Positions 22,185 to 34,467 of a stretch of 50,947 nt of DNA are shown piece by piece. A program made the position numbers and the translations under genes. The DNA is taken from positions 1-50,947 of the forward strand of contig NIVC01004309.1 of assembly GCA_002269645.1 (NCBI GenBank), in the 5' to 3' direction. Below the pieces are notes generated by a model. That model saw nothing but the letters and a program-made list of their open reading frames with translations. It ran no database searches and was not told the origin of the DNA. Numbering within the stretch: the first letter of the stretch is position 1; every line of letters begins with the position of its first letter. The stretch is from Macrostomum lignano. Taxonomy: Eukaryota.

Positions 22185-23800
22185 TCCATGAGCCTTGTCA
22201 TCTTAGCAATTCCCCCAGTAAGCCTTGTCATCTTAGCAATTCCCCCAGTAAGCCTTGTCATCTTAGCAATTCCCCCCAGTAAGCCTTGAAATCTCAGCAA
22301 TTCCCCAAGTAAGCCTTGACAAGAATTGCTAAGAATACTTAGCTAACAATAGCTAATACTTGCTAAGAATTGCTGAGAAGCCTCGAGATCTCAGCAATTC
22401 CCCCAGTAAGCATTGACATCTCAGCGATTCTCCCAGTAAGCCTTGAAATCTTAGCAATTCCCCCAGAAAGAATTCACATCTTAGCAATTGCCGCAGTAAG
22501 CCTTGAAATCGCTGCAATTCCCCCAGTAAGCCTTAACATCTCAGCAATTCCCCCAATAAGCCTTGACATCTGAGGAATTCCCCCAGTAAGCCTTGAAATC
22601 TAAGCATTTCCCCAGTAAGCCTTGAAATCTCAGCATTCCCCCAGAAAGCCTTCACATTTTAGCAATTCCCAGTAAGACTTGACATCTTAGCAATTCCCAG
22701 TAAGACTTGACATCTCAGCAGTTCCCCCATTAAGCATCGACATCGCAGCAATTAAACTCGAGCCTTGACATCTACGCAGTTCTCTCAGCTGAGTAAGCCT
22801 TGACATCCCAACAACCCAACTCCCCTCCCCCAAGAATTTAGCAATCCCTTATGAGCCTTGATATCTCTGCAATTTCTTCATAAGCCTTGTCAACTCAGTG
22901 ATTCCATTCATGAGCTTTGATATCTTAGCAACTCCCATCTTAGCAAGTCTTTAGTTGATGGTTAACAGAGTGGTTATTCTATGATTGAACCAAAACTGAC
23001 CCTAAGCCCCTAACCCTAACCCATAAGTGAGTCTTGGCATGTTAGCAATCTCCCCCGTGAGCCTTGAGCCTGAGCATTTAAGTAACTTCCTCATAAGCTT
23101 TGAAATCTAAATTTCACTGAAAGCCTTGAACTGTCAGCAATTCCCTAAGAGCCAAAGCATATAACTAATTCGGCATTATGAGCAGGTACTGCAATCACAA
23201 CAATCCCCCTGAGCATTGAGCCACATTATAATTCGGATATCCCCCCACGAGCCTTTACAACTTAGCAATTCCCCAATGAGTATTTAATGTTAGACAGGCC
23301 TATTCATTTATATGGTTTACGTCTTACTCTTACCCTAACAATGTCGGCAATTCCCTCAAGAGCCACAGCATTCCAGAAATTATTTCCATGAGCCTTGACA
23401 GCAAATAATTTTAATGAGTCTTGATACCTCAGAAATTTCTCAAATGGAATTTGAAATCAAAGCAATTCTGCCCAGAATCACATCAGTATAGGAATTTCCC
23501 TCTGAGACTTGACAAGACATCTCAGAATTTCTCTCATGGGCCTTGATCTGGCCCATGGCCCAGTAAGCCTTGAAATCTCAATAATTCCCCAGTAAGCCTT
23601 GACATCTCAGAAATTCCCTCATTAAGATCGACATCGCAGCAATTAAAATTAAGCTTTGAAATCAAAGCAATTCTCCCCAGAATCACATCATTATAGCAAT
23701 TACCACTGAGCCTTGAGATCTTAGAAATTCTCCCATGAGTCTTGATATCACAGAAATTTTCCATACCAGCCTTGACATCTTAGCAATTCACATTGAGTAT
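22185..23800. repeat. Degenerating 30-bp minisatellite (CCTTGACATCTCAGCAATTCCCCCAGTAAG) inside unit B
   Basis: Recurrent AGCCTTGA..TC..AGCAATTCCCC; paralog at 30215-31700. Confidence 0.85.
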
Positions 23801-24741
23801 TTTATTCTCGACAGACCGCTTCTTTTATGGTTGACATGATGATTCTTTTGTCGCTTTTTCTTGTGTTGAGTTTTCTTCTGTTTAAAGTAGCATTTATTAA
23901 AAACTTACAGTGGTTTACCATCACCTTAGCAATGGTTTACCATCACTTTAGCGATGGTTCACCAGCAATTTAGCAATGGTTCACCAGCAGTTTAGCAATG
24001 GTTCACCAGCAGTTTAGCAATGGTTCACCAGCAGTTTAGCAATGGTTCACCGGCACTGTTCCGCAAAATCTGGGAGCAGATGGCTACTGATCTCCATATG
24101 CTTCTCAATAATCGAAACCATTTGAAATGTTTGCAACTTGCAGTTTAAAATTGATTTGCAATTCTCTTGCATATTTATTAATTCATTGTACGTCAGATTA
24201 GCACTGCTCACCCAGATTAGACCCTTTGCAAATTAGCACTTACAGCAGATTAGCACTGCTCTAGAAGACTAACGCAGCCCCAGCAAAAGTATCTTTAAAT
24301 TTAAGTGTTTACCATCTCCATGAATCTGCATAGGATGCAATCATTATTGTCACAGGTCACAAAGATAAATTCGCTGCTTCAATGCAGGCTCGAACTGCTG
24401 ACATCAAAGCATTCTGTTTGCTTCTGCTTGATACTGCCTGCCTACTGCGGCTATTGTGCCTATTGACATGTGGTCGAAATAATCTAGTTTAGCAACTTCA
24501 GCCGTTTGAAGTTAACCCCCGGAAATCGGCATTTATCCCCACAACAACCTGAAATTATCCCTTCATCTAATCCCGCAAAAAGACTGCAGTTATTTCTTAG
24601 CAGCCGGCATTTATCATCCACTTGCATTTTAAAACTTTTATTAAAATTAAGAATGCATACCCTCAGCGGCATAGAATTGTCCCCTTAGCCAAAAATATTT
24701 CACTTAGCAGCCGCAGAAATCCCCTAAACAACTTGTACTTA

Positions 24742-24837
24742 CAAAATCAGGTATTGAAAAGATATAAAAGGACTAAAGGATCAATGTACAGTATAGCAAT
24801 GTTCATAATATTTGTTTGTGGAATGACAGGACAGAGA

Positions 24838-24893
<56 letters not shown>

Positions 24894-26082
24894 GCGTATG
24901 CGCCCCAAATGTACTCTAGCTTAGAACACCAACAGCCGTTCACTCGCACCTCCTCCAGATAGTTGGACATTGAGAATGGGTTTGTGTAACTTAATGTGCA
25001 GAGCTTCAAGAATGTTAAGTTTATGCTCATTTTTGCTGTTGTCTATGACCTTGAAATGAGAGGTTATGTCTGGCTCATCACAACAACCATGGCATTGCAG
25101 CAAATGTTCCTGAATCGGAGAGTTTCGTTGCCTATGTTCCTTGGCTCTCGTGAGTAGGTGTCGCTTGGTTTTACCAATGTAGGTAATGCTCTGGTCAACA
25201 GAGCAACGAAAACGATAGATGACACCTGCCTTGAGAGCACATGGAACACGAGACTTTAAACTGCCAACGAATTGACTGACTTTATGAGTACGGAACAGTA
25301 CATGAATCTTAGTCTTAAAGAATTTTTGGCAAGTTTTGCGAATTTGCCTCTTGTGCCCCAGGGAATGGAAGACGAGAGTCATTCGTTGTCTGCTTCATCG
25401 GGCCTATACAGTATGTTGCTCTTGGTCGTTGCTGCACAACGAGTTTACCAACATTATCAATATTCTCACTGCCAATGGATACCCTATTAACTACATCATG
25501 AAGGTTATTGGTAATTTCTTAGATGAAAAAATTGAAAAAAAGCTTAAGCCTAAACGGCCAGATAGAGAACCAGGAGAACCAATCTTGACTCTTCCGTTTT
25601 TGGGCAACTCTTCGATTGTGTTTAAGAGGCAAATTCGCAAAACTTGCCAAAAATTCTTTAAGACTAAGATTCATGTAGTGTTCCGTACTCATAAAGTCAG
25701 TCAATTCGTTGGCAGTTTAAAGTCTCGTGTTCCATGTGCTCTCAAGGCAGGTGTCATCTATCGTTTTCGTTGCTCTGTTGACCAGAGCATTACCTACATT
25801 GGTAAAACCAAGCGACACCTACTCACGAAAGCAAAGGAACATAGGCAACGAAACTCTCCGATTCAGGAACATTTGCTGCAATGCCATGGTTGTTGTGATG
25901 AGCCAGACATAACCTCTCATTTCAAGGTCATAGACAACAGCAAAAATGAGCATAAACTTAACATTCTTGAAGCTCTGCACATTAAGTTACACAAACCCAT
26001 TCTCAATGTCCAACTATCTGGAGGAGGTGCGAGTGAACGGCTGTTGGTGTTCTAAGCTAGAGTACATTTGGGGCGCATACGC

Positions 26083-26132
<50 letters not shown>

Positions 26133-26175
26133 TCTCTGTCCTGTCATTCCACAAACAAATATTATGAACATTGCT
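24742..26175. mobile_element. Penelope-like element (PLE), 5'-truncated with inverted arm
   Basis: Arms ~24794-25352 (minus) and 25624-26176 (plus) are inverted copies. Flanked by direct repeat AACTTGTACTTA (24730-24741 and 26176-26187). Paralogous empty site near 32586. Confidence 0.92.
25353..26055 (+). pseudogene. C-terminal PLE ORF: RT thumb + GIY-YIG endonuclease
   Basis: PREWKTRVIRCLLHRAY...E...NGYP (PLE thumb) and GVIYRFRC...TYIGKTKRHL...EH...H...LEALHIKLHKPILNVQ (GIY-YIG). The RT core is absent. Confidence 0.92.
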
Positions 26176-26852
26176 AACTTGTACTTAATCTTCCACAGTA
26201 AATATCCACTCAAAACTCAATAGTTAGTTATAAGCCTCAGAAGTCTGCCATTATCCTCTAATTAGTCCGCAGTTTTCCCTCTCAGCAGTCTGCAGCTATA
26301 CGCTCATACGTCTGGAGGAACTACCTCAGCAGTTTGCAGTTGTTTCCCCTTTGCAATCTGCAATGATCCCTTCGACAGTCTGCAGTTCCCCTCAGCAGTC
26401 TGCAGTCATTTCATTTTCAGTCTACAACTTTACCATTAACGATTTTCATTCATTCTCTCAGCAGCCTGCAGTTCTCCTCTCGGCCGGCTCCTCAGTCTCC
26501 TCTGCAAACTGCAATTTTCTCAGCATTTTACGGCTCACTAATAAATTTTCGATACATATCGGCAGTTTTGAAAAGCTCAGCATTTAGCAATACCTTCAGC
26601 AGTTTTTTTCAGAATCGTCTGCAGTTTAGCAATTTCATACTTTCATGGAGCTAGACAATATACCCATTGATGGGATCAGTACGCTCGTAATACATGTACT
26701 TGAAGCAGTTTCTACAAATCAAATTTGCTTATCGACTTGTGCCAAACAGCAAAAATACATGTAGTTCATTAAGTGTGCCTTGTTAATTAAGCATAAAAGT
26801 TTCAATTAGTCGAAGCACAAGCTAAAATAAATAATTAGTTCAATTTTAATTG

Positions 26853-26934
26853 TCCGCTGCGAGGTAGACTCGAACCTGGGACCTTACGCCTATCCTAAAA
26901 CTGGTCCTAGTGCCTACAGTGCGGCTACTCCGCC
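26853..26934 (-). other. tRNA-like cassette inside Helitron unit B
   Basis: Minus strand GGCGGAGTAGCCGCACTGTAGG...GGTTCGAGTC (A-box-like and B-box); no closing acceptor stem. Confidence 0.6.
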
Positions 26935-27456
26935 TATTGATCGGAGGGCGACAAAATCAGCCATATATGCTTTGGCACTGCAGTCAAATACACAGCAGTG
27001 ATAGGCTGCTTAGTGCACGGGTTGTATGCAGGCAGAGCCAATGCGCAGTTAAGTAAAATCTATAAATTAGATTTAAGTCTGGAGGAACTAATTCACAGTC
27101 TGCAGTTCTTCTGTGGCCGGCACCTCAATCCCCTCAGAAAACTGCAATTTGCTCAGAATTGTACGGCTCACTAATCAATTTTCGATACATATCGGCAGTC
27201 TTGAAAAGCTCAGCATTTAGCAGCATTGTCTGCAGTTTAGTAATTTCGTACTTTTATGGAGCTAGACAATACCCATTGATGGGATCAGTTATACTCGAAG
27301 CAGTTTTTACAAATCAAATTTGATTAGTGGCTAGTGCCGAGTAGCAAAAAATGAATTGCTAATTAATAAAAAAATTTTCAATTGAAATTAAATAAAAAAT
27401 GTTTCAATTAGTCCAGGCACAAGCTATAAATTATTGAATTATTTGAATTTTTATTA

Positions 27457-27540
27457 TCCGCCGGGGAGGCAGACTCGAACCTTGGACCTTACGTCTAGCC
27501 TAAACCTAGTCCTAAGTGCCTACACTGCGGCTACTCCGCC
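27457..27540 (-). other. tRNA-like cassette inside Helitron unit B
   Basis: GGCGGAGTAGCCGCAGTGTAGG...CCAAGGTTCGAGTCTGCCTCCCCGGCGGA. Confidence 0.6.
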
Positions 27541-28733
27541 TATTGATAGGAGGACAACAAAATCAGCCATATATGCTTCAGAACTGCAGTTAAAATACAT
27601 AGCAGTGATAGGCTGCTCAGTGTGTAGGCGTGCAGGCGGAGCCAATGCACAGTTGATTGATTGAAATCTATAAATAGCAATTTTCTATGGAGTCCGCCAG
27701 TCAGAGCCAGGGTCAGAATGTACACACGCAGCCACTGAGCATTTTTTCTGCACTGAGCAGCCACTGAGCAGTCCAGTCAAGAATTCAAGCTAGTTTGCCC
27801 TACCATTAAAAGCATTGGGAAAACTCGTTTTTCGAATATTTAATACCTTTAGCATTAAAGCCGATTAAAGAAATTTTAACTGTCTTCTTTCCTGATAATT
27901 ACAAATCTTTTCGTAAAAACGCGATTAAAATTGTTCAATTGGTTCTATCTCTAGAACGTTATGCAAATACTAACACAAATTATCTTCGAGTGAAAGTCAC
28001 ACGAAGCAGCTATGACATAATCAAATACTCAGGCAGTCAGCATCAGTCTCAATTAAAGTTAGCAATATGGTTACGCAATTTCTGTCTTTCAACTTGGCAC
28101 AGTGTTTTCAACTTGTTGTGATGCAATCTTTATCAAAATCAGAATTCAGTCAGTCGGTTTTTTCTCTAGCATTCTTACAGCGCATTTCAAGTCGAAAGAG
28201 CTGCTTGACCTTTGCAAAAAAGCATGTTTTTCGAATATTTAATCCCTTTAGCATTGAAGCAGATCAAAGAAATTTTAACCATACAATCCTGGGCTGATTA
28301 CAAATCTTTTGGTGAAAACGCAATCAAAATCGGTGAAGAATTGCAATCTCTAGAGCGTTATGGACAAGCAAGCAAGCATACAAATATTAGAGATTTAGTA
28401 TATTTCCCCTCAGAAAACTGCAATTTGCTCAGAATTGTACGGCTCACTAATCAATTTTCGATACATATCGGCAGTCTTGAAAAGCTCAGCATTTAGCAGC
28501 ATTGTCTGCAGTTTAGTAATTTCGTACTTTTATGGAGCTAGACAATACCCATTGATGGGATCAGTTATACTCGAAGCAGTTTTTACAAATCAAATTTGAT
28601 TAGTGGCTAGTGCCGAGTAGCAAAAAATGAATTGCTAATTAATAAAAAAAATTTTCAATTGAAATTAAATAAAAAATGTTTCAATTAGTCCAGGCACAAG
28701 CTATAAATTATTGAATTATTTGAATTTTTATTA

Positions 28734-28817
28734 TCCGCCGGGGAGGCAGACTCGAACCTTGGACCTTACGTCTAGCCTAAACCTAGTCCTAAGTGCCTAC
28801 ACTGCGGCTACTCCGCC
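28734..28817 (-). other. tRNA-like cassette (duplicate of 27457-27540)
   Basis: Identical copy within the 1277-bp duplication. Confidence 0.6.
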
Positions 28818-30214
28818 TATTGATAGGAGGACAACAAAATCAGCCATATATGCTTCAGAACTGCAGTTAAAATACATAGCAGTGATAGGCTGCTCAGTGT
28901 GTAGGCGTGCAGGCGGAGCCAATGCACAGTTGATTGATTGAAATCTATAAATAGCAATTTTCTATGGAGTCCGCCAGTCAGAGCCAGGGTCAGAATGTAC
29001 ACACGCAGCCACTGAGCATTTTTTCTGCACTGAGCAGCCACTGAGCAGTCCAGTCAAGAATTCAAGCTAGTTTGCCCTACCATTAAAAGCATTGGGAAAA
29101 CTCGTTTTTCGAATATTTAATACCTTTAGCATTAAAGCCGATTAAAGAAATTTTAACTGTCTTCTTTCCTGATAATTACAAATCTTTTCGTAAAAACGCG
29201 ATTAAAATTGTTCAATTGGTTCTATCTCTAGAACGTTATGCAAATACTAACACAAATTATCTTCGAGTGAAAGTCACACGAAGCAGCTATGACATAATCA
29301 AATACTCAGGCAGTCAGCATCAGTCTCAATTAAAGTTAGCAATATGGTTACGCAATTTCTGTCTTTCAACTTGGCACAGTGTTTTCAACTTGTTGTGATG
29401 CAATCTTTATCAAAATCAGAATTCAGTCAGTCGGTTTTTTCTCTAGCATTCTTACAGCGCATTTCAAGTCGAAAGAGCTGCTTGACCTTTGCAAAAAAGC
29501 ATGTTTTTCGAATATTTAATCCCTTTAGCATTGAAGCAGATCAAAGAAATTTTAACCATACAATCCTGGGCTGATTACAAATCTTTTGGTGAAAACGCAA
29601 TCAAAATCGGTGAAGAATTGCAATCTCTAGAGCGTTATGGACAAGCAAGCAAGCATACAAATATTAGAGATTTAGTATATTTAGATAGAAGACTAGCCAT
29701 TTAGCCCCCCGCTGGGGAGCCTTGAAAATGACACCAATTGGTTTTTATTTTGGCATAAGAGTAACCTTACTATAATCGTCCAGAATATTGATTTCCATTA
29801 ATCAAAAATTACCTTTTCTCATTTTGGCAGAAATAAATTGCCATTAATCCGAACTTTCATTAGCCAAAAAAGTTTCCTTCATCAGCCCAAAACCCTTTCT
29901 AAATCAGCAAATAGTGCTTATCCTTTCAAGCACAAACTCTTGATGGATATCGTCACTGGCCGGGGCATATTCTGATCCGCAGCAGGAGCTCAATATGCAA
30001 ATCCCTGACGTCCTTAGACCCTCTCTCTTTATTAGCCTAAATCAAAGAATCAAACCTTTAATGAATGCGCTGGTATTTCCTATCAGCAGAAATCAGCATT
30101 ACTTTTGTGTACTATTTCATTTTTTGAATTACATGAGCTACTTGAGCTGTACTACCTGACTATCTGACAATCGCCTAACAATCTAACACCCCGCTCCAAC
30201 AATTCAGCCATTGT

Positions 30215-31700
30215 CTATGAGCCTTGACATCTCAGCAATCCCCCCGTAAGCTCTAAGATCTCAGCGATTCCCCCAGTAAGCTTTGACATCTCAGCAATTC
30301 CCCCAGTAAGCCTTGACATCTCAGCATTCCCCCAGTAAGCCTTAATATCCCAGCAATTCCCCCAATAAGCCTTGACATCTTAGCAATTTTCAGTAAGCAT
30401 TGATATATCAGCAATTACCCCAGTAAGCTCTGAGATCTCAGTAATTCCCTCAGTAAGCCTTGAGATCTCAGTAATTCCCACAGTTAGTCTTGACATCTCA
30501 GCATTTCCCTAGTAATTATCCCTATTGGCAGAAATCAGCATCACTTCTGTGTACTTTTTCATTATCTGAATTACATGAGCTACTTGAGCCGTACTACCTG
30601 ACTATCTGACAATCGCCCAATAACCTAGTAACCCCCCCCCCAAAAATTCAGCCATCGTCCATGAGCCTTGACATATCAGCAATTCCCCTGTAAGCCTTGA
30701 CATCTCAGCAATTCCCCCAGTAAGCCTTGGCATATCAGCAATTCCCCCAGTAAGCCTTGAGATCTCAGCAATTGCCCCAGTAAGCCTTGAAATCTTAGCA
30801 ATTCCCAGTAAGACTTGACATCTCAGCAATTGCCCCAGTAAGCCTTGACATCTCAGCAGTAATCCCATTAAGCCTCGACATCACAGCAATTAAACTCGAG
30901 CCTTGACATCACGCAATTCTCCCAGCGCAGTAAGCCTTGACATACGAACAACCCAACTCCCTTTTCCCGAGAATTCAGCAATACCCTTACAAGCCTTGAT
31001 AACTCAGCAATTTTTTATGAGCTTTGTCAACAGAGCAATTCCACAATGAACTTTGATTATATCTAAAAAAGTCTTTCCACCATAAGCCTTGAGCCTCAGC
31101 ATTAAAGTAACTTCCTCATAAATAAGCTTTGTAATCTGAAGTTCACCGAAAGCCTTGACCTGTCAGCAATTCCCCGTAGTAGAGCCAAAGCATTTAAGTT
31201 TCCCCCCCCCCCCCAAGAGCATTTTAGCAACTCCTTGATGGATCATTAATGATTGTCACGACGATCGCTCTATAATTGCTCTATAATCGCTCTATAATCC
31301 CCCCAAGAGCATCTTAGCAACTCCTTGATGGATCATTAATGATTGTCACGACGATCGCTCTATAATTGAACCCTAAGCCTAACCCTTGTAGTAGAATTTC
31401 AGCAATTCCCCAATGAGCTTCGGAAATGTTAGCAATTTCCCCATGAGCCTGAAAATTGAGTGACTAACCTTTTGATATCTTGGCACTTGCATTTCAACAA
31501 TTAATTTCTGCAATTTCACAAATGAAACTTGAAATCAAAGCAATTCTCCCAAGAATGACATAATTATAGCAATTCCCCCTGAGCCTTGAGATCTTATAAA
31601 TTCTACCGTGAGTCTTGAAATCACAGCAATTTCCCATACCAGCATTATGCTCGTAGCAATAGTCTTAGCAGTCTTAGCAGTCTAAGCAATTCCCGATGAG
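30215..31700. repeat. 30-bp minisatellite inside unit C
   Basis: Paralog of 22185-23800. Confidence 0.85.
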
Positions 31701-33148
31701 ACTTTTACGTTCGACAGGGCGCTTCATTTATGATTGATATGATGATTCTTGTTCGCTTTTTCTTGCGTTGCGTTTTTTTCTCTTTAAAAGTTTTTTTTAT
31801 TAAAAAAATTACAATATTTCACCATAGCTTTCTGCAGTTTTTGCAATGGTTCACCAGCATTTCAGCAATGGTTCACCAGCAGTTTAGCAATGCTTCACCA
31901 GCAGTTTAGCAATGCTTCACCAGCAGTTTAGCAATGCTTCACCAGCATTTCAGCAATGGTTCACCAACAGTTTAGCAATGCTTCACCAGCAGTTTAGCAA
32001 TGATTCACCAGCACTGTTTTGCACAATCAGTGAGCAGATGGCCACTAATCTTTGCTTATTGCCATATTGCTTCTGGATAATCGAAACCATATGAAATGCT
32101 TTGTCAACTTGCAGGTTAAAGTTGATTTGTGATCCCCTTACATATTTATTATTTTATTTTATACATCAGATTAGCACTGCTCTCCCCGATTAGCGCTGCT
32201 CCTAAAGCTTAGCGTAGCCCCAGCAAAAGTATCTACAAAATGAAAATGCTAAAAATTTGCATGAATCCTCATAAGAAACAATGATTATTGTCACAAAGAT
32301 AAATTCGCTGCTTCATTACAGATTCGAACTGCCGACCTTCTGCTAAAAGCCTTATACTATTCAAGAAGTTTAGTAACTTCGGCAGTTTGAAGTTAACCCC
32401 CCCCCCCCTCAGAAATCGGCAGTTATCTCCACAACATCCTGAAATTAGCTATCACTTCTAATCCCACAAACAGACTGCAGTCATACTCTTAGCAGCCTGC
32501 AGATATCCACTGTGCCGTCTAAAACTTTCATTAACATCAGCAAACTACAATAATTCACTCAGCAGTCCGCAGTTATCCACTCAACAACTTGCACCGGATT
32601 CTTCACAGCTATTATCCACTTTAAACTCTGTAGATAGTTATCCCCTCAACAGTTTGCTGCTATGCACTCATAAGTGTGGAGGAACTACCTCAGCAGTTTG
32701 TTCCATTTTTCCCTTTGCAGTCTGCATGAATGATCCCTTTGACAATCTGCAGTTCCCCTCAGCATCTTCTGTTCTCCTTTCCAATAATCTTCCAATCTTC
32801 CAATAATCTAAAAATGTGCTCAGCATTTTACGGCTCACTAAACAATTTTCAGTACATATCGGCATTCTTAAAAAGCTCAAATTTTAGCAATACCTTTAAG
32901 CAATTTTAACAGCATGGTCTGCAGTTTAATAGCAATTCCATACTTTCATGGTGCGAGGCAGTACTCGTTGATGGGATCAGTAATACACGAAGCAGTTTTT
33001 TTAAATCAAATTTGATAAGTGGCTTGTGCCAAGTAGCAAAAATTATTTGCTAATTAATAAAAAATGTTGCAATTAAAAATAAATAAAAAATATGTTACAT
33101 TTAGTCAAGTCACAAGCTACAAATGAATGAATTTACTTTTTTTAATTA

Positions 33149-33231
33149 TCCACCGGGGAGGCGGACTCGAACCTTGTACCTTACGCCTAGCCTAAACCTA
33201 GTCCTAGTGCCTACACTGCGGCTATTCCGCC
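33149..33231 (-). other. tRNA-like cassette inside Helitron unit C
   Basis: Homolog of 27457-27540 with B-box GGTTCGAGTC. Confidence 0.6.
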
Positions 33232-34118
33232 TACTGATGGAAGGGCGCAAAAATCAGACATATATGCTTCGGCACTGCAGTCAAATACATAGCAGTGATA
33301 GGCTGCTCAGTGTGCACAGTTTTGGTGCTGGCAGAGCCATTGCACAGTTAAGTAAATCTCTCAATTTCAATACTTTTAAAATGCACTGGCTGATTTCTCT
33401 CTTCCTCCAGAGTGCCTGCGCAATGCTTGGCACACTGCCTCCTGCTGAAAAGCTCAGAGTCAGTTTATAGCGAGAATATGCAGTACGCAGTTGTGGCGCA
33501 ATCATTTAGAATTGGAATTCAGCCAGTCAAGAATTCAACGCTGCTTGGCCTTCCATTAAAAGCATTTAGATAAACTTGTTTTTCGAATATTTAATACCTT
33601 TAGCATTGAAGCAGATTAAAGAAATTTTAGCTGTCCTCTTTCCAGATTATTACAAAACTTTTGGCGAAAACGCGATCAAAATTGGTCAAGAATTGCAGTC
33701 TGTAAAGCGTTACGAAAATAGATCTTTGACGCTTAAAGAGCTCGCTGCTAGCCTCCATAATAATTTTATTTTTGACCCCTGGTATGGTTGCGCAATTTAA
33801 ATAGAGTAATTATCTGGGCAGTGGGGCCCATGAGTTTTCTTATCATTTGGCTCTGGCGCAATCAATTAAAATTGGCAGTAAAGTTTCTGGCTGATAAAAT
33901 TTGCATTGAAAAAGGCCATTTAAAACAGTTTTTCGAATATTTAATCCCTTTAGCATTGAAGCAGATACAAGAAATTTTAACCATACAATCCCAGGCTGAT
34001 TACGAATCTTTTGGCGAAAACGCGATGAAAATCGGTGAAGAATTGCAGTCTCTAGAGCGTTATGGACATTCAAGCATACAAACAAACAAACAAATATTAG
34101 AGATTTAGTATATTTAGA

Positions 34119-34467
34119 CTAGCTAATTAGAGCTGGCTGCCAGCAGCCAGAATAATTTTTTTATTGCCCCCCTATAAGTGGAGCGGAGTGAGTTTTCTTA
34201 TCAGTTGGCTCTGGCGCAATCAATTAAAATTGGCAGTGAAGTTTCTGGCTGATAAAATTTGCATTGAAAAAGGCCATTTAAAACAGTTTTTCGAATATTT
34301 AATCCCTTTAGCATTGAAGCAGATACAAGAAATTTTAACCATACGATCCCAGGCTGATTACAAATCTTTTGGCGAAAACGCGATCAAAATCGGTCGAGAA
34401 TTGCGATCTCTAGAGCGTTATGGACATTCATACAAACAAACCTTAGAGATTTAGTATATTTAGAAGA
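34119..34467 (-). mobile_element. Minimal (~350 bp) non-autonomous Helitron unit D, followed by a partial 5'-end duplicate to 34528
   Basis: CTAG 34119-34122, a 10-nt spacer, then perfect hairpin CTGGCTG-CCAG-CAGCCAG (34133-34150). 5' end TTTAGTATATTTAGAAGA|T. Confidence 0.8.

Larger units (their letters stand above)
27129..29682. repeat. Near-identical tandem duplication of ~1277 bp (27129-28404 / 28405-29682)
   Basis: All six ORF-track entries recur with identical translation at +1277 (five full length, the sixth up to the duplication boundary). Junction TTTAGTATATT|TCCCCTCAG. Confidence 0.95.
21677..29692 (-). mobile_element. Non-autonomous Helitron-like unit B (with Penelope insertion and 1.28-kb duplication)
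   Basis: CTAG at 21677-21680 + hairpin GCCCCCC-GCT-GGGGAGC; 5' end ...TTTAGTATATTTAGA(TAGAAGA) at 29671-29692; colinear with unit C. Confidence 0.75.
29693..34118 (-). mobile_element. Non-autonomous Helitron-like unit C (probably a long unit plus a short unit at ~33725-34118)
   Basis: CTAG 29693-29696 + the same hairpin as unit B; 5' TCTAAATATACTAAATC at 34118. A decayed 3'-end-like motif near 33735 resembles 34130. Confidence 0.75.

Noticed and set aside
24742-24900. Hammerhead ribozyme in the PLE 3' UTR
   Set aside because: No CTGANGA...GAAA core is visible in either arm.
26853-27540. Functional tRNA genes
   Set aside because: Acceptor stems do not close and there is no canonical anticodon arm; annotated only as tRNA-like cassettes.
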